A stretch of 64,000 bases of DNA from Planctomycetota bacterium (GTDB lineage Bacteria > Planctomycetota > UBA8108 > SXIK01). The position numbers were made by a program, and so were the translations under genes. Under the pieces are notes generated by a model that saw only the letters and a program-made list of their open reading frames with translations, ran no database searches and had not been told where the DNA came from. The stretch spans positions 5,792,001 to 5,856,000 of the forward strand of contig OZ244999.1 in NCBI GenBank assembly GCA_965223265.1, in the 5' to 3' direction. Below, piece by piece: positions 31,001 through 38,900 of the stretch. Positions within the stretch are counted from its first letter, which is position 1; every line of letters begins with the position of its first letter.

Positions 31001-33267
31001 CTGACCCAGTACTCGCGAGCTACGGGCGTGTCTATGCAGCCGAGAACGAGATTCATCAAGGCCGATGGGAAGCCGCGCGGCGAATTCTCGATGAGCTCGA
31101 CAAAGCTGGCGGGCAAGACGCACGTCTTCGGAGGGCCATCGACAGTCGACGGGCCTACCTCGATTGTGTCTGCGACAACCGCGCCGCGGTTCCTCCGCTG
31201 GCGACTCAAGTCTATGTGTTCGATCGCACCTCGAAAAGCGAGGAGACGAGCCCCGACTACGGCACTCTTTGGGACTGGATCTTCGGCGCGCGTGCCTTGA
31301 TGGAACTCGGCAAGGATGCGGACGCGGATTTCTGGTTGGACCGAGCGCGATCCGTCTTTGCTCGCTTCGGACAGGCACCCGGCGTGCTCGAGTGCAGTTT
31401 GCAGTTGGCGGAGAACGCCCTCCGACAGCGCGATGCCAAACGTGCTGCACGGTGGCTCGCCGCTGCTCGTAGAGCGCTTGCACTCCACGACACGAGCGGC
31501 GGTTCGGTCGCGGCGTCAGTCCGTCTCCCGTACTTGGAGGCACGGCTCGGAATTCTCGAATCGAGAAGCGATCGCACCTATGTCTCAGATCGGATCGTCG
31601 ACGCCCGCGGGAACCTGCCTTTCGGAGTCGATTGGGAAATCGGTTGGCTCCTGAATCTGGTCGCGGAAGATTACGGAGAGCCGGGGGCAGCCCGAAAGGT
31701 CCGCGCCACCCGCGAACGCTTCCTGAACGGTCTTCAGCCCACCGATCGACGCAGTTACGAGGAGCGAGACCATCGCCAGAGACTTGGTCTAGCGCCGTCC
31801 GAGAACGAGCGGCAACCGGAGAGCGAAGCCTCGGCGGCCGCCGACAGACGTTTGAGCACCCTCTCTGCACTACGAGAGGCGCGAGACGTCAAAAAAGCGC
31901 TCGATTTGGTCATCGAGTCCTGCGGCTCCCGATCCGGTGCAGTCTTCCTCAACCCAGGAAGCGGCATAGCCGACGCGCGCGCGGTCGAGGGAACAGGTAG
32001 CAAGTTCCCCGAAGACTTGAAACGCGCTGCACTCGCAACTGGCAACGGCGAACTAGGGCAGGGACTTTGCGTCGAGATCCGTCGACGCGGAGGCCAAAAG
32101 CTAGGCGTCCTGTACGTACTTGTCGCTAAGGACGATGATTCCAGAGAACTATTTAGCTTCCTACAATTGGCCGCGCAGCTGCTGGCAGACGTGCTGACTG
32201 TTTCGCGCTCCTTCGATCGCGTCCCGCGAGAGTCAACGCCGCTGCTGGTCGAAGACTCGTCGAAGACCGCAAGCCTCGCGGCGACGACGTTCGTCGAGAG
32301 CTCTTCTCCCCGGATGCTCGACGTGTTCACTCTGGTGCAGAGAACGCGCGACTCACGTCTTCCCGTGCTGCTCACAGGAGAATCTGGCGTCGGCAAAGAC
32401 CTCATCGCACGTTGGGTCCACACTTCGAGCCCCTATCGCGACCGCCCATTCGTCGCCCTCGACTGTGCGGCGATTCCCGAGGGACTTCTGGAGGCTGAGC
32501 TGTTCGGCTACGAAGCCGGGGCGTTTACCGGCGCAGACCGCCCCCGGGTTGGACGGCTCGTGGCAGCGGAAGGAGGAACCGTCTATCTCGATCACGTCGA
32601 CTCGATCTCCCTAGAGGGACAGACAAAACTCCTCCGCGTGCTCGAAGACGGTGAGATCCGCACGCTTGGAGGAGGGTCGAGAGTCAAGATCGATGCCAGA
32701 TTCATCGCCTCGACACAGAGGGACCTGGCAGAACTGGGGGCTCGAGGGCAATTTCGTACAGATCTCTACTTCCGACTCTCCGGCATCCGCCTCAGCATCC
32801 CACCGCTACGCGAACGTATCGAAGATATCCCTGCGCTCGTCGCACGCTTTCAACGCCAGGTTTCAGGAGGCGTGCCGGAGTTCAGCTCGGAGGCGCTCGA
32901 GGCACTGAAGAGTTACGCCTGGCCGGGCAATGTACGCGAACTCGAATCAATTGTCCGGCGCCTGTCTCTCACGGTGGAAGGAACGGTCAACAAGGAAGAT
33001 GTTGCGCAGGCGCTCGGAATCGAGGAATCGTCGGCGGTCGTACCGCGGTGGTTCTTCGAAGGCAAGACTTACGACGAGGTGCTCGACGTGGTGAAGCGGG
33101 AATATCTGCTCTACCTCTTCGACAAGTGCGAAGGAGACACCAAGCGTGTCGCACGAGAGCTCAACACGACCCGCCGCAACGTCTACCAGCGCTACATGCA
33201 AGCCGGGATTCGCACCGTCGACTTGCGCTCGCAAGGCCCGCACGGGCAGCGAAAGCGCGACGGGTAG
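28075..33267 (+). CDS. Ser/Thr kinase - STAND/AAA_16 ATPase - TPR - sigma54-dependent enhancer-binding protein
   Basis: Kinase LGAGGSG/VALK/HLDVKPSN/DFG/YTSPE; FVGR..EL, GEPGMGKT, LIVDDFH; TPR-like LNNLG; bEBP GESGVGK, ELFGYEAGAFTGA, FRTDLYFRL, WPGNVREL; C-terminal Fis-like HTH. Confidence 0.92.
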   Translation: MRKRARILTPNHPRYEVVRRLGAGGSGAVFLARDRLDDDNEVALKVSHGEVAPDQLLREFRLLRRLRHSGIARAFDFGRLRDTSQAYFTLEYVAGPDLEKESLTLRRRLAEGHLDAVIDVFLQVVSGLKYLHEHGLLHLDVKPSNVVFAAGQAKLIDFGLFQNARTPGSLPGRGTVHYTSPEVLDGRAVDPRADLYSLGVLFYRTLSGRYPISGKTIGEIAEAHRLRTPPPLPRIPEGLSRIVMKLLAKSPRHRFQDAAAVEKALQEFHPLKRKSSSSTPVEVPDFVGRRKELRTFFSWLDSRLQGSNPRLLVVEGEPGMGKTRFVDACLTELLGLEVDVFSLSGHQVEQGNGLGSLLQKMATVYGLSRKQRSQSRLLLTSVGLSTNKKSQWEILEMDLEQIRARTFQEAIQLFAEWRDRPIVLIVDDFHKADPQLVDFIRRLASDDSGSDVTSGISVVLTQPAGFSHVADSGDSIAKKIRLRGLKRDEITRSLVRLAGTLGERKLEQAARSSRGNLEVFVHLIQQIRSGRRVPSAGAFDVERVRRTRLLALSDDELRLVVLLRLLNRPTSGAMLRKLTEFSKPRFETARRSLTANALVRASNQGLFLAPDVDDETLFARLGDEELRRVRERIGRALKASKQRLHEAALHLMLGGQVAEGLDSAREAGKRLHELGRVEDALQLYSVALDHVETTADKSYFLEAKGDLLNKSGQFDEAERAFEALAGQSGLAANDALRVKRKLGGVHQRSGDNDAARRVFEDAMHLVDTVDDIDEHLHLLNELAALHLFRGDFSQSTTFANRGLELLGSAMAKRLEPRVHAMHDLNLRSIAGHILLRQFEHGPAAEEFLHSLKVSERIGTLSNTALILNNLGVAYFLGNRLREALRVYNRAATLARKMGDDTALFSISCNVAGIRARLGEIQAARELLATIEEMPHPRRSKRARLFFLHTQGLVSRVTLQDSKALWDQSIQLADEIPDPVLASYGRVYAAENEIHQGRWEAARRILDELDKAGGQDARLRRAIDSRRAYLDCVCDNRAAVPPLATQVYVFDRTSKSEETSPDYGTLWDWIFGARALMELGKDADADFWLDRARSVFARFGQAPGVLECSLQLAENALRQRDAKRAARWLAAARRALALHDTSGGSVAASVRLPYLEARLGILESRSDRTYVSDRIVDARGNLPFGVDWEIGWLLNLVAEDYGEPGAARKVRATRERFLNGLQPTDRRSYEERDHRQRLGLAPSENERQPESEASAAADRRLSTLSALREARDVKKALDLVIESCGSRSGAVFLNPGSGIADARAVEGTGSKFPEDLKRAALATGNGELGQGLCVEIRRRGGQKLGVLYVLVAKDDDSRELFSFLQLAAQLLADVLTVSRSFDRVPRESTPLLVEDSSKTASLAATTFVESSSPRMLDVFTLVQRTRDSRLPVLLTGESGVGKDLIARWVHTSSPYRDRPFVALDCAAIPEGLLEAELFGYEAGAFTGADRPRVGRLVAAEGGTVYLDHVDSISLEGQTKLLRVLEDGEIRTLGGGSRVKIDARFIASTQRDLAELGARGQFRTDLYFRLSGIRLSIPPLRERIEDIPALVARFQRQVSGGVPEFSSEALEALKSYAWPGNVRELESIVRRLSLTVEGTVNKEDVAQALGIEESSAVVPRWFFEGKTYDEVLDVVKREYLLYLFDKCEGDTKRVARELNTTRRNVYQRYMQAGIRTVDLRSQGPHGQRKRDG

Positions 33268-33347
33268 CCCCCTTCCGAGGTCGTCGGGTCTACTGACCTG
33301 TCGCAGCGACCTCAGATTCGGTCCTGACGAGGGTTTCTACTTGGCGG

Positions 33348-34250
33348 CTAGGCCTCGGGCTCATCGTCGTCGACGCCGTCGAGCGGCGAATCGTCGGCGG
33401 TGAATCCCCGCTCGATGGAATCGTACCCGGCCTCCGCCTCGATGAGGTCGTCATCGTACTGCTTTTCCATCTCTCGTATTTGATTCGCCATGTCATCGTC
33501 CTCTTGCACCACCTTCGTGACCCGAGCGGTCCATTCGTTGCTGGTCGTGCGCAGAGCCGAAAGATTGACCTCGATACCTAGAATCGCCGCTAGGTGTCGC
33601 GTCACGGCCTCGATGCTGAGCGGATTAGTGCCTTTGAGGTAGGCGGGAATCTCGGCGACGATGTTCGCCATGTCGATCCCCCTTTGACCGGCTTGGCTGG
33701 TCAAATACGTCATAAAGCTCCCGGGACCTTCGTAGTTCGTCGGACGCAGGCCAAAGTGCTTCAGCCGATCCTTGAGGCGCGGATCGGATACGGAGACATG
33801 GAGACGAGGCTCTCGCGTATGCGGCACTGTCCCGGCGAAGCTACCAACGAAGTAGATCGACGCGATCTCGAACTCCGCAGCAAAGTCGAAGACACACTGC
33901 CCGAACTCCTTCCAATTGAGGTTCGGTTCCTTGCCGATGAAGAAAGCGATCTTACGATCTGCGCTGGCGTAGAACATGTTCCGTGGAATCTCGAACTTTT
34001 GTACGACGCCTTCTTCGATCTTGATGTGAGGTCGAAAGAGCGCGGAGACTTCCATGTCACCGGGGAAATTGTAGATGTAAAAGCCTTCGGACTCGATCTC
34101 TCCGATGGGCGTCGCGTCGAGCTCATCGACAAACCTTTGAACGGTTCCGGTCGACACGTCACCGCCGTCCATCCATCCAGTAAACGCCAAGAGCAGGCGC
34201 CCGCCGCTCAAACGCGGACGAGAGCCGATTCGCAACTTGCCGGAGGCCAT
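33348..34250 (-). CDS. PAC2 (proteasome assembly chaperone) family protein
   Basis: AFTGWMDGG; RPHIKIE; GKEPNLNW; VPHTR; YEGPGS; LAAILGIEVNLSAL; IREMEKQYD. Confidence 0.85.
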   Translation of the reverse strand: MASGKLRIGSRPRLSGGRLLLAFTGWMDGGDVSTGTVQRFVDELDATPIGEIESEGFYIYNFPGDMEVSALFRPHIKIEEGVVQKFEIPRNMFYASADRKIAFFIGKEPNLNWKEFGQCVFDFAAEFEIASIYFVGSFAGTVPHTREPRLHVSVSDPRLKDRLKHFGLRPTNYEGPGSFMTYLTSQAGQRGIDMANIVAEIPAYLKGTNPLSIEAVTRHLAAILGIEVNLSALRTTSNEWTARVTKVVQEDDDMANQIREMEKQYDDDLIEAEAGYDSIERGFTADDSPLDGVDDDEPEA

Positions 34251-34645
34251 ATGCTTCTCCCGATATCGTAAGAGTCTCTCCTGGAGAGATCCTATCGCAA
34301 CGGCCGCCAGGGGGAAGTGAAAACGGCGCGGTCACCTTCACGTTAGGATCGTCGAAGTCGCCGATCGCTCCTGTGCCGCCGACTCCGACCCCAAAGCTGC
34401 GGAAGTGGCGGGTAAGAACGGTGCAGAGTGCGTCAGTAGCGGCGCTTCGAGACGCGACGGCACGCGGAGAGCACTTCACTGGACGCGAGCGTTGCCGCGC
34501 GGCCCAAACATCGCTCATGGCGTGCTGTTCGCTGAACCGAAGGCGTTTCTTGCCGTCAACTGCTGGAACATTGGGGTCCGACTTCCTGAATCGACGGTCA
34601 ATCCGTCGAGTCAGGTCTTTCGTCCGTCCGAGAACGGGTGCTCGT

Positions 34646-35593
34646 TCAATCGCCGTCCTCGCTCCGCGACCGAAAATAGTCCGCTACGTATCGGTGCATA
34701 GCTGTCTTGTTGGTATTCCATCGCCAGCAACCTTCGCCATCGAAGGCCAAGTCAACTGTGGGATCGAAGTCGAATGCGGCGAACCCCCGGTGTCGATCAA
34801 GGTAGCGGCGCTGAGCGAGATGTCCGTGGTGCAGATGGAGTAGTCGCCCGTCGACGTATCCGACACGGCCGCCTACGGATTCGCAGAATGGCTCCGCCCA
34901 CGCAAGGTAGTGTTGAGAGAAGGCTCGGTTCATCTGGATTGGGGTGATCGCCCCGTCGAAGTGCGCAACGGCAGCATAGACGATCGCCCGATCGCCACTG
35001 CCAAGAACACACGCGTCATAGAATCCATGTTGCTCAAGAACGTCCCGCCGCATCGCCCACACACTCCCTCCTGCCATTCCGCGTTCACTCGGCATCCCGT
35101 CAAGAAGAGCCAACTCAGCCGGATCTGCACCAATCGCGAGACGTTGTCCTAGAGATTCGATTCGACGTTGAGAAGAACAAGGTATTTCGGCGAGACTCGA
35201 CGGATCGACCTCGACGAATTCGGAAAACGGCTGGATCAGCGCGAACTCTTCCAAGGCTGCACTTGTTGACTCGCCCCAGTCAGGGCGTTCGAGGATGACA
35301 TCGCAGTCGATCCACGCGATCGTACGGCATGCAGGCGGCAGAACCTCTAGCGCCAGATTCAAAAGTCGTTCCTTCTGCCACAAGACGTCGCCACCGCGAA
35401 CTTGCAAAAGAATCTCTGCGTCGCCGTCCTCAAGCACAAAGGGATCTCGACTGAACGCAAGCTCTACAGTGACCAGAGGCAGATTGAGCTTCTTACGAAA
35501 GATGTCATAGTTCTGCCGGCGTCGCTCATACCCGACCGGATTGAAGTACGTAGTGATCGCCCAAAGGTCAGCTGAAGCGAATCGCTGATCCAT
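34646..35593 (-). CDS. Putative GT-A fold glycosyltransferase-like protein
   Basis: WQKERLLNLAL; DxD motif in WIDCD; WAMRR; GSGD; LLHLHHG. Confidence 0.65.
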   Translation of the reverse strand: MDQRFASADLWAITTYFNPVGYERRRQNYDIFRKKLNLPLVTVELAFSRDPFVLEDGDAEILLQVRGGDVLWQKERLLNLALEVLPPACRTIAWIDCDVILERPDWGESTSAALEEFALIQPFSEFVEVDPSSLAEIPCSSQRRIESLGQRLAIGADPAELALLDGMPSERGMAGGSVWAMRRDVLEQHGFYDACVLGSGDRAIVYAAVAHFDGAITPIQMNRAFSQHYLAWAEPFCESVGGRVGYVDGRLLHLHHGHLAQRRYLDRHRGFAAFDFDPTVDLAFDGEGCWRWNTNKTAMHRYVADYFRSRSEDGD

Positions 35594-35976
35594 GATTTCC
35601 AACGCGCTGCACGCGTGTCCGCGCGCAGACAAAAAAGCCTCAAATCAAGCAGCGCCGCAAACCCGCCCGGCGACCGACGCATAGAATAGCGATCGAGATG
35701 GGGCGGCGCCAGCTCCGATCTCACCGCAAGGCCAAAACGAACATGGTACGGCACGACGGAAGAACCCCCTTCGACTCGACGCGCGCCTAGCGCGCGCTTG
35801 GAGCGACCTATGACCATCTCCCGGAACGTACAGCTCTACTCACCGCCCCCGGACCCAACCCACTACCCCACGTCGGATTGAAGACGATCAAGCAGGGAAA
35901 ACTCCCCCGTTGAAAGTCGGACCATAGCTGTCTCCGCCTCTGACTTCGCCTCCTCCGCGTTGACGCCCCACGACCG

Positions 35977-38900
35977 TCACGTTTCGCAGCCAGCCGAAGC
36001 TCTGCAAGTCAGGTTGTCCGCGGTCGGATCACTGCCGCATTTTCCGTGCGGCGGCGCGAGCACCTGGGCGCCGTCGAACAAATGACGCAGAATCGTCATG
36101 ACATCGCTGAGATCGACTTCGCCGTCGTCATCCGCGTCGGCGGCCTTCCAACACGGCGCCGCGCCGCGCCCTCGGAAGAGATGGTCAATCAAGCGAATGG
36201 CATCTGACAGGTTGATGTCGCCGCTTGCATTGACGTCGCCACGTTCGAAGCGCGTCAACACCTCTCCGGAAACGCGCAGGCGCTCGTACCTCTCCACCGA
36301 TATCGAGTCAAGGACTTCGAAGTTCTCGTCGAGATATCGAACTACGGCTTGAATCCCCAGCTCCGCTTCCGGAGCGACGATCTCGACCACACGCACGGGC
36401 GACGGAAGATCATGAATACGAAGCGAAGGCCGGAGCACAACCCAATATTCCACGCTACGATTATGGCGCTTGGCCGTGTAAATCAAATCCTCGTACGCTA
36501 CAACGTCCCTTTCGGCACCTCGCAGCGACAACTCCGCGGAGACCAAACTTGCCGGACCGCTCAACTCGCTCGGCGGAGCCGGTTCATGCCGTTCCCGCAG
36601 CTGTAAGATCGAACCGTCGGCAGCCTCGATGTCAACTTCCCACAGCGGCAACGTCTCGTAAGTGCATGAGGAATAAGTAACGTCTAAACTGTGTTGTCCA
36701 TGCAGCGACAGCGCACGCGTGAAGAACGCCTCGTCCATGATGCGCGAAACGGCTAAAGGCTCGTCTCCGCGTGCCTCAAACTCGAGGTCCTGAAGGGCAA
36801 GTTCGTACGTATCACCTCCGGGTAGAACGTATGTCTGCTCGTAGCGAAAACTGTAGGACGTCAGTTCGCCTCGATGCGTACGAACGACTCGAAATCTCCC
36901 GGGACTCAAAGGTTCAACAGACGTTCTGTCGGGGCCGATCGTCACTTCTTCGAACAGATCTGCGCTCCACGAATCACTTGTAGTCGGTAAAGGTATGGTT
37001 CCTGGAACAAACCTAATGCGACTCTTCAGCTCGTACGTCGTCCGTGGTGAGCGCGACGTGACGAAAACGCCGCATACGTTTGCTCCGCGTGGAATCTCCA
37101 AGGCGAACGTAGGAGTAGGAAGAGGCGGCGTTGAGCGCAAGAACGGTCGCACCTGCTTGAGAGCCAGCTCGCCGTTGGCCTCGATCTTGAACTCGATATC
37201 GAGAAGCACCTGTCGGCGCGGAACGTCGTCGGCGTCAATCGGAAAGTGGCGATCGACGTGCCAAAGGAGGCGACCAAGCTCCGCGAGTTGAACATCGGAG
37301 AGTACAAACTCCCCTGCGCCGATCAAATTCGAAGGCGAGGCACGAACGATCTCGACAAGCTCTCCTTCCTCGACTCGCAGTAAGTTCTTCTCGGCGAGGA
37401 CGCCAGGACTCGGGCTCACAACACTTTCCTCCCCCGCCTGGACGATCACCACGTAACGACTGTCCTCAGGGCGATTCGGATCTCCAGTGAATGCGACACC
37501 ATTTGCCCGCTCGTTCAGAAACGCCCGGTTCACTAAGACGCCCATGGTGGAGAGCTCTTGCGGAATACCGAAAAACGCTCTCTCCTCGTACGCTCGATAA
37601 TTCCAGTTGCTAGCCCAGACCTTCTTCAACGCCCGTTCGATCGTACGCTCGGAAGCTTGAGTGAAATCACAGTGCGATGGCCCCACGTCATCGGCGTCAA
37701 CGGTGTCAAGAACGCAAGCCGACGTAGAGTCATAGAGACCGGCGCCATTGAATTCCAACACGTCTTCGACATTCGAGGAGGAACGAAATCGCACCGGGAT
37801 GTTGTCAGCGCGGAAGACCTCTCGGATTCGTGCAGCGACGCGCGCGACAACATCAGGAGCGACGACGCCTTGGGCGCGCAGTGTGTCACGGAAGCGTCTT
37901 AGAACGTCAAACCGCAGCTCAGAGTCGCTCTGGAACTCAGCCCAATCCAGGAGCTCCTGCAGAAACTCCTCGTAGGTAACTTGCCGCTCGGAGTCCCGCG
38001 CCGACGGCATGCGATTCGCCCTCAAAAACTCGAGGTAATAGCTCATCGGAATAGCGAAACCCACTTCCTGATAACGCTGTAGGGGACCTGAAAGAACAGA
38101 CTGCAGCCGTGCGAGGTTGGCGGCCTTGCCGCCGTAGCGCGACACCGGCCGAGAGCCTGGCTCGAGCGCCATTTCTTCGAAGCGGTCAAGCGTCGAATAG
38201 TCCTCGTCGACCGTTGGCAGCTCTGAAAGCTGTGGCCGATTCGCAGCCCAGAACTCAGCTGCCTCACTGAGTGAGGCGGCATCGATGCTCCAGTCACCGG
38301 TCCCAACCTCAAGGCGAACCAGACGATCTTCGAACTCGGAAAACAGATCGTGTGCGTTCTCCACGAACACATTCGGAGTGCCGCGACGAGCACTGCGAAC
38401 GGCCAAGTGGCTTAGCTCTCCTTGAGGAGTTGCCGTGACCACTGCTGCGACGATTCCCTCTATGTCGCGTGGCGCGAAGTCCAGCACCACGATGTCCTGA
38501 AAACTGAGGCGACCACCGCCATTCAGCGCGGCGAATTCGCGCTCCGAGATCAGTCGCACGCGCCCATACGCAAGCCCTGTCGTGTATGGTACAAATCCCG
38601 CTACGCTAGGTGGCTCATCCAGGAACACCAAACTCTGGTCAGGCCAGCCAGAGGCATCTTCACGGGTCAGCGCAGCATCCGGGTAGTAAAGCAGCGGTCG
38701 CAGAGAGAAGACCTGTCTCAGTCTCGCCTCGACGCCGCGCACCTCATCGATCGTCGGAAGCTCCCGACGATCTGCATCGAAGTTCGTCAAGACGCTGAAG
38801 CCGTACAGTGGCCCGAAAGAGGTGCGAAGACGGTAGAGATTGCCACTGAAATACCGCCTCGTGGCTCGATTTCCCACCAGTTCGTCGTAAGCCTCAACAG

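Noticed and set aside
33277-33313. Hairpin GAGGTCG...CGACCTC between convergent genes
   Set aside because: No U-tract on either strand, so it cannot be supported as an intrinsic terminator.
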